The translations under genes and the position numbers were made by a program. This document shows, piece by piece, positions 12,326 through 24,255 of a stretch of DNA of 64,000 bases. The notes under the pieces were generated by a model. The model worked only from the letters and a program-made list of their open reading frames with translations. It did no database searches and was not told where the DNA came from. Each line of letters begins with the position of its first letter. The first letter of the stretch is position 1. Source of the DNA: Mobula hypostoma (taxonomy: Eukaryota); NCBI RefSeq assembly GCF_963921235.1, contig NC_086109.1, positions 14,572,001 through 14,636,000 on the forward strand, written 5' to 3'.

Positions 12326-12697
12326 TTATGTGCACTGACAGGACTGCTGATGCACCAGGATTCCTCTGGAATTCTCAACAACTTAAGAGAAACCACCAAG
12401 CTTTACTGTCACCAGTTCAGGAGAGACGAAACAAAAAAAAAATCAAACATTTGTTAAAGAAGTGATTCTTTAAGCCAGAGGTAGATGAGAATCTGGAACT
12501 CTGCCTTAAAGTGTGAAAGAGGAGGAATTCTCTACAAATTTAAAAAGCAGCTAGCTGTGTATCTGATGAGCCATGGGCAGCAGGACTAAAAGTTTGGATT
12601 GGGCTGGGTTAGCTCTATTTCAGTTGGCAAATGGTTGCAGCGGATCCGGGCCTCATCTCGACTCTACTTCACCTTGGCTCCCCTTACCTCGGTACTG

Positions 12698-12965
12698 CCA
12701 CCTCCAATCGCCTCCAAGTCTGCTCCGGCAATCGCCAAACGTTGGCTAATTACCCACTCTCGGGACCAGGCCTGGGCCCTGCCTCCACCTCGAATTGCCT
12801 CCAAGTCTGCTCCAGCAATGGCCAAACGTTGGCTAATTACCCAGTCTCGGGGCCAGGCCTGGGCCCTGCCGCCACCTTGAATCGCCACCAAGTCTGCTCC
12901 AGCAATGGCCAAATGTTGGCTAATTACCCACTCTCGGAACCAGGCCTGGGCCCCGCCCACCACCT
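12698..12965. repeat. 87-bp GC-rich tandem repeat, about 3.1 copies
   Basis: Units start at 12698, 12785, 12872 and ~12960 (ccacct...gccaaacgttggctaattaccca...ccaggcctgggccc). Confidence 0.9.
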
Positions 12966-13023
12966 CGATTCGGCCCATACTCGCCACGCCCAACCATCCT
13001 GGACCTTTAAGACTTCAGTTCAC

Positions 13024-13345
13024 GGGCCGACTGGTGGCGCAAGGACATCGGGGCTGGACCCGGGAGCGGAGGTTCCCCAGTTCGAAGCTAGTCGGGTCCG
13101 CCCCCAAGTATGCTTTCCATCCGTGCCGGGTTGAGTGTCGAGATCGCAACTCGACCTCGTAAAACAAAGGGAAAATACTGCAAAAATGTCTGTGTAGGAG
13201 TGGCACGCCACACAGTCTCTCTCTCGCTCTGCGCCTTGTAAAAAAGCCATGAAAAATCCATCATCATGGATGTACGCACAAACACGCAGACGCAGAGGCG
13301 CACATGCGCACGCAGATGCACATACTTGCAGGCACACGCCAAAAA
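13024..13345 (+). mobile_element. tRNA-derived SINE with poly(A) tail and 15-bp TSD
   Basis: A box ggtggcgcaagg, B box gttcgaa. aagacttcagttcac at 13009-13023 and 13346-13360. Confidence 0.85.
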
Positions 13346-14487
13346 AAGACTTCAGTTCACATTGCAAAAATGCCAGGTTGTACAGGTGGTCCAAAAGGGA
13401 GGTTACAGAGTACTGATTTCAATGATCATTGATCATTTACCAGAAAAAGTGTGATCAATAGAGTAGGTAATAGTCTTGTTTGCTGCCAGTAAGTCATTGC
13501 TGTGTTTTACCAGTGCCATCTCAAACCAGAACAAACTCAAACAAATAAGTAAACCACACAAGGGGCAAATGACCGGATGATTAGCAAAAGAGGCAGATTT
13601 TAAGGGGTTCTTTAAGAGAAGAGAGAGAGACTGGGAGAGGTTTAGGGAGCATTTCTGAGCCTAGGGTCTTGGCAGCTGATGGCAGAGCCATCAGTATTGG
13701 AGTTGCTGCATTCACGGACATGCAAAAGGCTTTCAAGTTCCACCCCCTCCCTCCAGATCTCTTAAATTTTCTCAGCTGCTCTGGAATTACTTATAGGATA
13801 TCATTTCTTCCTTGCAGAATGTGAACATTGTTTGCCTGATACCTTGAAACCTTCATAAAATTAACACCCAGTGAGGTGACACAAATAGGCCGCACTGCCA
13901 CAATCACCATGGAAACACACTCAGAGAGCCAAAGATCTCTCTGGTGCTGCTGATCAACATCTCCCGGGCCAAGGTCCATATTAACGTGGGATTCTTTTTT
14001 ATATAACCCTACTAAAATACCACAGATTTTCACTTGTGCGTTTGCATTTTCTTTCATCTCGTCCTTTTTTTAAAGATAATTCTTTTCATCTTCAGGGTCC
14101 TGACTACAACAGAATTCTTCCTGTGTCAGTTAGTTCAAAACTGCACAATTGACAATCTTTCAGTTTCAACACCGAGGGAAATTGGGAGCCCAAATGGAAT
14201 TTACAAGAGGTCCCTAAGTAAGCAGCTGAGGACCTCTGACTGCCCTCCCATACAGACCACCATCATCTCCAAATCTCATCCACAGCAGCAATGATAAATG
14301 GGGGCAATCAATGTACAAATGAAACATTCAAGAACTGGGGTGATCAGGAATAGACTCTGTAACTAATAATAATCAACATGCCCCTGCAGCAAACAACAAT
14401 CTATGTTCAACTAGCAAATGAGAAGATACCCCAGATGGAATTATCTGGCTCTACCACCCAAATACAAAAAAAAGTTCTGAATAAATC

Positions 14488-14525
14488 TAATCCTGAAGAA
14501 GAGTCTCCACTCGAAACATTGACTG
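14488..14525 (+). ncRNA. Hammerhead motif variant with covarying helix II, at the 5' end of a ~140-bp PLE tail copy
   Basis: CTGAAGA A GAGT-CTCC-ACTC GAAA CATT gactg. Helix II is GAGU/ACUC, versus GGGU/GCCC in other copies. Confidence 0.55.
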
Positions 14526-14629
14526 TTTGTTCATTTCCATGGATGCTGCCTAACCTGCTGAGTTCTTCTAGAATTCTGTGTGTTTTGCTTTGGATTTTCA
14601 ACATCGGCAGAATTTCTTGTGTTTAAACA

Positions 14630-15968
14630 CTAAAGTTGTTGCTCTGGAGTTGCACCAGACTGAGAGACAGTGAGCAGGCAGCGCCGGCCGAGACCTCCAG
14701 CAGGATCCCTCCATTGTCGCCTCTCTAGGTGGGCCATTTGGGTGAATAGCAAGGCTTATACGTGGACTGCGTGGTGAAGGGCACCAGATGCCATGCATTG
14801 GTGGGCACAGGGTCAATATCTGGGTTCCCTCCCTAACATGGACCAGCCATCCCTGACAATGGCGGTCCAGCTGGCTACTGTCACCAGCAACTGTGCGGCA
14901 ACGACAGGGAAGTTGTGTCTGCGCCACACAGGGGGAAAAGCATAGCGGAGCATGAGGTGTGGCTAGCCAACATCTCTTGTAGCTGGTGGACCCCCCCCCC
15001 CCGCCAGGGGCTCCATACCACAGAGCTGCGGTTGGTGCGTGGGCTGGTGAGGGTTGGCCATTTCAGAGTTGCGAAGACATTGGGCAGGCTGCGTGAACAC
15101 TTCTGCTGGCCTGGGTACAGGCAGGACGTGGACCTGTTGGTGCACTGCTGCAATGCTTGCATATCCCAGAAGGGACCGGGCCACCAGTCTAGGGTGCCAG
15201 TGTAGCAGTGCCTGGTGCGAGCCCCACTCGGAAGAAAGGACTATCCACCAGGCTTGGAATGGGCTGGAGAGGTATTTGACTGTATCCCCGATGTGGTCGC
15301 ACTGGGTGCAGTGGCTGAGCGGTAGAAGGCAGTCAAGTTATGCCAGGACCGGCTGGCACCATATTGGCCCTAGGCCGCAATGGGGGCCAGCCATTTAGGG
15401 TTGCAAAGTCATTGGGCAGGCTGTGTGAACACATCTACTGGCCAGGGTGCAGGCAGGACGTGGAGCTGTTGGTGCAAGGCTGAAGGAAGGAAATGATACT
15501 CTGGGTGCTCTTCAACTTACCTCACCAAACAGTGGCCCCCCCAGCACCCCAGGCGGCAGCGTTGACCACCACCGGAACTTTTGAACTTTGTTGTGGACTC
15601 TGGGGTGGCCAGGATCAGCTGACCCTTCAGGTAGGGGCAATGTGGTGTTCTGGAGGCGTGGCTGACAGCTTGCCCCAGCATTCCTAGCGGCCAGCACTAC
15701 CTATTTTTCTTGTTTTAAAATGCGTTTGTGAAATTATGGTGAGATGTTCAAGTCCGTTTATTGTTACAGTCCAGCTCTGCTTATACAGTTGTTCCCTTGT
15801 GGGTTTATGGGTCACCCTGACTGTATCTGGGGTGTGTAGTAATCATGTCCCCCATCTGAATGGTTTCTCACAGAGCGATGGCGCTCTGTTACTGTGCTTG
15901 TGCAATAAAACCAGTTGATGAGATGAACGAGCTCCTCTTGTCTGTCATCATAGACCGAATACTCACCG
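14630..15968 (+). mobile_element. Internally deleted Gypsy-type LTR retrotransposon (integrase Zn-binding remnant, PPT, 3' LTR from 15641)
   Basis: GHFRVAKTLGRLREHFCWPGYRQDVDLLVHCCNAC. 'ggtaggggcaa|tgtggtg' PPT/LTR junction. AATAAA inside the LTR. Confidence 0.75.
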
Positions 15969-16469
15969 CCTAAGACCTCTGCACAGTACCATAGTCATTT
16001 TATGTATTGCACTGTACTGCTGCTGCAACAAAATAAAAATAAATTTCATGACATATATGGGTGATGGTAAACCTGATTCTGATATGGGTCTCTGGTGTGG
16101 ACTGAGCGTGGCAAGGGGGCAGGGAGAGGGAAATCACGGTTGGGAAAAGAGGAAGGGAGAGGGGAGGGAACTGCAGGCACAGAGACATTCAGTAATAATC
16201 AATAAACCAATTGTTTGGAATCAAATTACTTTGCCCAGTGTCTCAGGGCTAGGTGTGTCTGCACCCACAGCACCCCACTGCCCCGGCGCTCCCTTTCTGC
16301 CACCTGTCCCACACCCCTCCCATGGTGCTCCACCCTCACCATAACCAATATCCTTTGCTCCAGCTAGATTTACAAACTTGCCCTCCGCTCCACATTGACA
16401 AATAGAGTACTGTGCAGAAGCCTTAGGCATCCTAGCTATATATACGTGCCCAAGACTTCTGCAGATACA
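15968..16469 (+). mobile_element. Composite non-autonomous element bracketed by Tc1/mariner-like mini-hairpins (copy 1)
   Basis: Half hairpin at ~15968-15990, LINE tail, ~330-bp body, full hairpin at 16405-16469. Reverse-complement copy at ~60920-61350. Confidence 0.6.
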
Positions 16470-17491
16470 TTCTGCTTGTAATTTATGGTTTTAATTTTTC
16501 TGTCTTGCGCTGCCCTGCCAAGCAAAACAAGAAATTTCGCAACAGATATCAGTGATAATAAACCTGATTCTGCATTCTGGGATTTTGACCCAGCAATCGT
16601 GAAGGAATGGCGATATATTTCCAAACTAGGATGGTGTGTTGCTTGGAGAGCAACTTCCAGTTGTGATGTTCCCATACTGTTGCTGTCCTTGCCCACTGAG
16701 CTGGTAGAGATGCGAGTTTGGGCACTGCTACCTGAGTTGATGACCAGTGAGGTTTATTCCATTAATTACTGTGCTTTCCAGGTCGAAACCACTGGATTCC
16801 CAAATATGCCTAGTTACCAACATGAAGGGATAGTAGTGACAGATGGATGAAATTCCAGGAGGTGTCATCAGACGAGCAGCTAGAATTGTTCTCCTTTGAG
16901 GGCAAAGATTAAGAGATTTTGGAAAAGTGTTGAAGAATTTTGATCACATAAATAATAAAAATCTGTTTCCAATGTCAAAGTTTTATAAAAACAGGATTGG
17001 TTTGAGAAAGACAAACCAGAGATGAAATAAAAAGAAATGTTATTGTGAGCAAAGTTGTTATGACCTAGAATGCACTGCCTGAAGGGGCAGTGAAAGCTGA
17101 TTCAATAAGAACTTTAAAGGGAAGTTTGGATAAATAATAGAGAGGGACAAATCTGAAAAAAGAACAGGGAATGTGGAATTAATTGAATAGATTTTTCATA
17201 GGCATGATTGTTTGCAGTAAACTTTGATTGGACTGATATAACAAAAGTGCTGAATGATGTCCAGAATATGAAAAAAAAATTATCACACACTGCAGACTCA
17301 CTGTCCAAAATATACTTCGAATCAAAAATACAAGATCATAGGACATAGGAACAGAATTAGGCCATTCACATTACGTCCACCATTTGATTATGGCTGATTT
17401 ATTATCCCTTATTTTCCTGCCTTCTTTTTAACCTTTGACACTCTTACTAAATCTGTGAAGATTCACAGCATAGGGGCCCAAACTGACCAGT

Positions 17492-17673
17492 AGGAGGGGA
17501 TGAGGAATAACAGAGGAGGGGATGAGGAATAACGGAGGAGGGGATGAGGAATAACGGAGGAGGGGATGAGGAATAACGGAGGAGGGGATGAGGAATAACG
17601 GAGGAGGGGATGAGGAATAACGGAGGAGGGGATAAGGAATAATGGAGGAGGGGATAAGGAATAATGGAGGAGG
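17492..17673. repeat. 22-bp purine-rich minisatellite (ggaggaggggatgaggaataac), about 8 copies
   Basis: Near-perfect tandem units, directly visible. Confidence 0.95.
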
Positions 17674-17943
17674 CAGTGATTGGTTGACACCACATTTAGG
17701 CTTTTTTAGAACCCTCAAGGTTGCTGTAAAGGCTGAGGGAATTGAAAACTTCCACACAGTTTAGTGAGAAAGATTACAGAGAACGACACACACAAAGCAA
17801 TTAATTCAATAGAAAGGACGTCGAGGAGAGAGGTTGTGTTGGCATAACCAGGTGAGCATGCAGGGTAAGTCCAGAGATTTAAGCAGATGCCAGATTTGCA
17901 AGAAGTGTCGTCTATCATGAGACTACACTTCATCTATCACCAT

Positions 17944-18171
17944 TGAAGCACCTTCAGTAACTCCAAAAGACTGAGGTTAGGTAAAATACCAAAAGGCTTT
18001 TATTCGCTGTACAATACGACCTCCATGGGGAGTGTCTGCCCCCGGACTGAGGGGGAGGGGCAAGGCGAAACACATTTATACAGGAACTGTGGGAGGAGCC
18101 ATAGGGGCAGTCAGCAGAGGGGCGCGTCCAGACAGTTAACCCAGTTACAACATATATATGGTTTACCACCA
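17944..18171 (-). mobile_element. Solo LTR with short TSD
   Basis: Reverse complement runs TG...CA with TATAAA and AATAAA. ccat at 17940-17943 and 18172-18175. Confidence 0.7.
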
Positions 18172-18209
18172 CCATGAAATTCAGTGTCTGTAAACTGCTG
18201 GTTCCTTAA

Positions 18210-18765
18210 GGTTGTTATAACAATGAGCGGTAGTGGGGATAAGCTCCATCTATTAAATGCTCCCAATGGTGTACAACTCCAATAGCCTCTGACAACCAAG
18301 TCTAGCTCCTGCCTTTCATGAGTGGCTAAACTACTAAGCCCGACAGAACAGCTTTTACTCTCAGGAAGAGGGGCAAAGGTGGTCTACTAGCTCCTTAAAA
18401 CCTGTTGCTTCACGCATATGAGGCTCATTGGCCATGGTTGGCAGCTCACCTCGGAGAAAGGAAGCCCTGAATGCAAACCTCTGCTGCCTTGTGACTACAC
18501 CCACTCACAGGGAGGTCTTCAGGAGTAAACTCTGAGGAAAAATCTGGAGCTGGAGTCCCTAAGGCAATCGTACAATGAGTTCAACGCTGACTGGCGACTC
18601 TTCTGATGCCGCTGGTGCCAAACTGTATCACCTCTGCTATTCCTTTAGATTCATCAGCTGCATGGGGGAGTGGGGGCCTGCTACGTGGACAACAGCTTGT
18701 TTAGCATATTGGACTGCCCTGGCTTTTGTATCATGTAGACAGCTGGGATGCAATGGAGGCCTCAA
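18210..18765 (+). mobile_element. RTE-associated non-autonomous element / SINE-like repeat (second partial copy at 26788-27020, -)
   Basis: Two homologous copies in the window (gataagctcc...tgctcccaatg...gcctctg..aaccaagtc...ggttggcagctca). RTE assignment is from recollection only. Confidence 0.5.
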
Positions 18766-20394
18766 TCTGTAAACTGTTTATTCTAATAACTGTTTAGTTT
18801 CTCTCAAATATACAAAGTCCCAATTGCCTAATGACACCACAACATCACAAATACATATATTTGTCCATTACTAAATAAGGAGGCAAAGGTTCCAACACAT
18901 CTCCTCATGTTGTTGAATCCTGTTACACCACAGGGGAAATTCAACCATTCACACTGGTGTTCAACAGCCTTGACATCACTTGGTCTCAAACCATCAACAT
19001 CCTGACTAAAGGTTAAAGAGTAGATATATTTCTCACATGTGCATTAAAACATGCAGTGAAATGCATCATTTGCGTCAACAACCATGGTCCGAAATGTTGT
19101 TGAGGGCAGCCTGCAACCGTCACCATGCTTCCTGCTTCAGCACAGCACACCCACAATTTGCCCTTACTAATCCGTACACCTTTGGAATGTGGGAGGAACT
19201 GGAGCACCGAGAGAAGAAATAGTGGTCACAGGGAAAACGTATAAACTCCCTACAGAGAAAAGCGGGAATTGAACCCCAATCACCAGCGCTGTAAAGCACT
19301 GCGCTAACCGTACCGCCCTTTAATCCTGATTGTCATCCTTGACCTGAAACTTATTGGACCAGTGCATAAACACTGCAGGTACAAGAGTAGGTTAGAGGTA
19401 GGGCATTCAGGTGTAGGTGACTGCCCTTCCGATATCCCCAAAGCTTTCCATCATCTACAAGGCTGAAGAGAGGAGCCTGATAGAGTAGCATCCACTTGCC
19501 TGAATGAATGCAACTTCAACAAGTCTCATGCACTGGGTGGCCCAGTTCAACGGAGAGTAAGCTGAGGGAATTTCAAAATTAGACTCGAAAAATAAACATC
19601 AAACAATAATCAAAACGAAAATTGGAGTCTGAAGATCGATCAGTAGTCCAGAGCTCGAAGTCCAATGGCCGAGGACTGGATTCCTGTCTGGAGTTAGAGA
19701 GCTGTCTGGGTTTGTGTTGAGAGGGACAAACAGAGTTTGTTTTGCTGTTGTTTTGTTGTGCTCTGGGTTGTTCTGCCGAACATTTGTGGGTATGCTATGT
19801 TGGTGCTGCATTGTGAGACGACACTTGCGGGATGCCCCCAGAACATTCCACGGTTGTGTTGGTTGTTACGCACATACACGTTTCAATGTATGTTTCGATG
19901 TACATGTGATTTTAAAAAATTGTCTGAATCAGAATCTGATAAAGTGAAAGAATCTTTGTTCTCTAACAGTATAGAAAATCATGGTGTTAGGGAGATTCGG
20001 CTTCTGTTATTAGCCAGAACACGGAGAATTGACTTATTTAAAAACAAGGAGGAGGGTAGAAGTTACTTTGTGCAATGAGTTACGATGATCTGCAATGTGC
20101 TGACAGAAAGGGCACAGAGCTAGATACAGTCACATTAACTGGATATACAAAAAGAAAAAAAGTTTATAGAGTATTGAGGCGGGGAAGGGAAGGGATAGCT
20201 CTTTCAATACAGTATAGACATTTTGTGTGCCAAATAGCCTCTTCTGTGCCTCAAGCATCTAATCATAAAACATCTTGACGTAAAAAACAAACACAACATT
20301 AGATGGTTTAACAAGTTTACAAGTCACCCCAGGGGCATCAACTTGAAATATTTGTCCACAGGTGCAGGACGTCTGCTGAGTATTTCATAAGCAG

Positions 20395-21280
20395 CAGAGA
20401 TTCTGCAGATTTCGCAAATCTTGACCAACACACACAGAATGCTAGAGAAACTAGCAGGTTAGGCAGCATCTATGGAGGGGAATAAACTGTCTGTATTTCA
20501 ATGGGGAATTTTGATCTCAATCCAAAATGGAGAATAGAAACGGGGGGAGGGCAAAAATTACCAGAAGTTAGAGAAATTGATCCTCACGCCAGCAGGTTGG
20601 AGACTACCCAGACACGATATGAAGTGCTGCTCCCACCTGCATGAGTTTGGCCTCATCACAGCAGTACAGGAAGAAATGGGCTCTCATGTCAGAACGGGAA
20701 TGGGAAGTCAAATTGAAATGGGTAGCCATTGGGAGATCCTGCTTTTTATGGAGCTTGACAAAATGGTTTCCAAAACTGTGTTGGGTCCCATCAATGTAGA
20801 GGGAGCTACACCAGGAGCACCAGATGCCACGATGAGGCCAAACTCAGCTTAGAGAAGCAAAACATATTCCACCTTGGTAGCCACAAACCTGAACGCATTG
20901 ACTTTTCAGATTTCTGCATTCTTCCCTCCTTCTCTCTTCTTCCACTCCCCATTCTGGTTACCCACTCACCCCTTATCTTCCCATCATCTGTCCAACACCT
21001 CCCTCTGATTCCTCTCCTCCTTCTTTTCTTCTTCAGTTCCCTTTACCTTTCCCACCTACCTCCTTCCAGTTTCTTACTTCTCCCCCACCCACCTACCTTC
21101 CCCCTCACCTTGCCTCACCATTAGCCTTCTAGCTTGTATTCCTTCCCCCACACACCACCTTCTTATTCAAGCTGCTGCCCATTCGTTTCCAGTCCTGATG
21201 AAGAGTGGCGACCCAAAACATCGATTCTTTATTTCTCTTTATCACTGTTGCCTGATTTACTGAGTTCCACCAATATTTTC
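20395..21280. mobile_element. Degenerate PLE, tail-outward inverted pair (- then +), decayed hammerhead at ~21189-21226
   Basis: Tail and EN C-terminus on -, switch near 20825, then pLTR on + with CTGATGA...AAAACATC. Confidence 0.7.
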
Positions 21281-21421
21281 TTTTTTTTTTGTCTTACTGA
21301 GCGTTTCAATCCTTTGCAATTTTTGCAGTTCTCATAATTTTGCTTTCTGAAGGTCATCTTATAGACTTGGGTGAGCAATTTCTCTAGTTGAGCATTCTGT
21401 CAAGAATATAGACAGACCAAT

Positions 21422-22770
21422 TGTCGTGCATTTAATATTTCAGTAGTATTTGAGTAATGATGATGCTAACATGCCAAGAAGATGCCAAGAGCAACGCCTC
21501 TCCAACCCTGGGAATAGCCTGCATTGTAAAAATTTCTTGGTGGTAGTAGATGCAGCTGCAAAGTGGGCAGAAGTGTTCACAATAGCTTACACTACAACCC
21601 CACACACCATCGATGTGTTGAGAAGCCTCTTCGCAAGAACTGGTGTTCCACAACACTTAGTGACAATGGACTGCAGCTTGTGGCAGAACAGTTTCAGCCA
21701 CTACTGTAAATGAATGGAATAAGATATATCATATCTTCACCGTACCATCCAGATACAAATGGCTTAGCAGAAAGATTTGTCCAAAGTCTAGAGAACTCAC
21801 TGCGAGCAATGTCAGCAGAACACAGTACACAAACACTGAACCAAAAAGAAGCTCACCAATTTCCTCCTTGCACAAGCAATGCAGCACGCTCCACAGCCAA
21901 CAACTCACCAGCTGGGCTGTTCCTGGGTCGTTCCTTGCATTCACACTTGGTTCACCTCAAACCCAATCTCAGAAGGAGTATGCAGATCAAACAGCTGAGA
22001 CAAACTTGAGAGCTCCTCAGACAAGGAGGTTCAATGTTTCACTCCTGGACAAGCAGTTCTGGTGAGGGACGACAGAGTTGATCAAACCTGGGCACTCAGA
22101 AAGATTAAAGACAGAACTGGACCACTCTCCTACACAGTGAAGGTTTCATCTGATGTCATGTGGAGACGACACATCAATCATTTGAGGAGAGCAGAGGGAA
22201 TTGCTGGAGAAGAAAGATGGCCAGATCTGTCAGAACCACTTCCTGCAATCCCAGAGTCTACTCCTACAAACATCATGGAGGAGGCCCCAGAATATGAGAT
22301 TGTTTCACAGCCACAAGTCTTATCTGCCAATCAGACTGATCCCCCTTGTCAGGAAAGCTGTTATCCACAAGGGTAAGAAAGCCACCACAGCAATTAAATC
22401 TTTAGGCCTGAATGAGATAATTTAAAATTTACTATGCTGTGGATGTCTACATAGTAGTTGTATTATATAGTTGAGATGCATTCTTTATTGAGTTGAAGTT
22501 GATAGCTGTGCAGGGAGAGGTGTTGATGAGTCTTTAATATTTCAGTATATTTTGAGTAATATTGTAAATATATTGTGTGATTAAGCATTCTTGTGCATTT
22601 AAATAATTCATTATGGGTTAAATGTAAAAATAAATCAACTGTACATGCCATGATGTCACCACGGGAGATGTGTGCATCTCACGAAAAGTAAAAACTAACA
22701 ACACGACTTAGCAACTGGCTCTCTTCTTTTCAATTAGTTTTTCTGTATTTAGAGTTTTGGATGGAGTTAC
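21422..22770 (+). mobile_element. Degenerate Gypsy LTR retrotransposon: integrase DDE core, PPT, 3' LTR (22521-~22770)
   Basis: FLVVVDAAAKWAEVF...LFARTGVPQHLV and SSPYHPDTNGLAERFVQSL. 'gcagggagagg|tgttg'. LTR is related to 53688-54658 and 56111-56364. Confidence 0.85.
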
Positions 22771-23194
22771 TATTTTACAAGATGGTTATGAAACCAACCT
22801 GATTCTCAAAAGAAGACTGGAATTAAAAGAATGAATTAGAAATCTGGTCCCATGCTGATATATACGTGTCAAGTGATATGGGAAGATACAGAACTGAAAC
22901 ACCAGCACCAACACACAGATCACAGTAACTACAGCTGACAAAGGTAACCTCCAGACTGACAAAGCATGAACTCCCCCTTCCATCCTTTTCTATTCCCTAT
23001 TCTATCTCTTCTCTTTACCCTTCTCTTCTCCTCATCTGCCTATCAATCACCTCCCTCTGGTGCCCATCCTCCCTCCCCTTCTTCAATAGTCCTCTCCTAT
23101 TAAATTCCTTCTTCTCCAGCCCTTAACTTTTCCACCTACCACCTCCTTCATCCCGCACCTACCATTAACCCCACCTTCCACCTTGTACTCCTCC

Positions 23195-23460
23195 TGTTAT
23201 GTTCTGTAACTTCTAAACATTAAATTAATTCAAGGAAGACGTGGAGTCCAGGAATGCGAGTCTGGCTTCTTTACTTGCAGCAAGGCGCCCATGTATCACA
23301 TGGTAGCATGATAATGTATGCAATTAAGGTACTTTTACATATAACCCATAATTAATTATTTAGACAAACAAGAATGCTGAATTAAATAATATATATCAAG
23401 TTTATCATCATACATGTATACATGATTACTCAAATATTGTTGGAATATGAAATACATAAT
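23195..23460 (-). mobile_element. Solo LTR of the same Gypsy family, inserted in a PLE pLTR
   Basis: Homologous to the 53688 LTR (tgttatgtt.tgtaact...cttttacatataacccataat). Confidence 0.65.
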
Positions 23461-23984
23461 ACCAACCTCCACCTTCTTATCCTGGCTTCTTGACCCTTTC
23501 TTTCCAGTTCTGGAGAAGGGGGACAGCCCAAAACTTCGACTGTTTATTCTCCTCCTCAGATGCAGCCTGACTTGTGAAAGTTCATCCAGCATTTTTTGTG
23601 TGCTGCTGAGTATTTCAATCCTTTGCTGTCTTTTTTCGCAATTCCCATGGTTTTGTTTTCTGAAGGCCACCTTAGAGCTTTCAGTTATTATTTCTCTAGT
23701 TGGCCATTCTGTCAAGACGATTATGGAGAGAAATAAAATACTGATCACAATGCTATTGTCAACACCCTGTGTGTGTGCGTTGAATTGTTATGTCACTATA
23801 GGGTTATGAAACAAATGTTCTAAACAAATGAAACAAAACAAGAGGACTTGAATTAAAATAATGAATTAAAAAATTATTCCCATGTGCATCAAGAGTTTCA
23901 GCAATATGGAACTGAAACACACTGGCACCAACACATGCAGATCACTGTAACTATGGCTTACACAGGTAGACCTCAATGTCACAG

Positions 23985-24255
23985 CAACACACTCAAAATG
24001 CTGGAGGAACTCAGCAGGCCATGGAAAAGTGTAAACAGTCAACATTTTGGGCCGAGATCCTTCATCAGTCCTGAGCTTGTACTCCTTCCCTTCCCTCCAG
24101 CTTTTCATTTTGCCTTCCTCCCCCTTCCTTTTCCAGTCCTAATGAAGGGTCTCAGCCTAAAACATCAACTGTTTATTCTTTTCCGTAGATGCTGCCTGAC
24201 CTGCTAAGTTCCTCCAGCATTGTGTGTGTGTTACATCTGCAGATTTTCTCATGTT
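23985..24255. mobile_element. PLE tail inverted pair with two decayed hammerhead motifs
   Basis: - arm ends 'ccttcatcag' (~24068). + arm 'ccagtcctaatgaagggtctcagcctaaaacatcaactg'. Confidence 0.7.

Noticed and set aside
13024..13105. tRNA genes at SINE heads (also 54160-54237 and 8275-8345)
   Set aside because: A/B boxes are present but followed by SINE bodies and tails, with TSDs in two cases. No convincing cloverleaf.
17492..17673. Regular repeats as a CRISPR array (also 12698-12965)
   Set aside because: Head-to-tail units with no unique spacers, no cas genes, and a vertebrate context.
22786..22983. VLVLVFQFCIFPYHLTRIY resembling GPCR TM6
   Set aside because: No flanking TM5/TM7 at the proper spacing, and the paralogous copy at ~23900 does not keep the frame.
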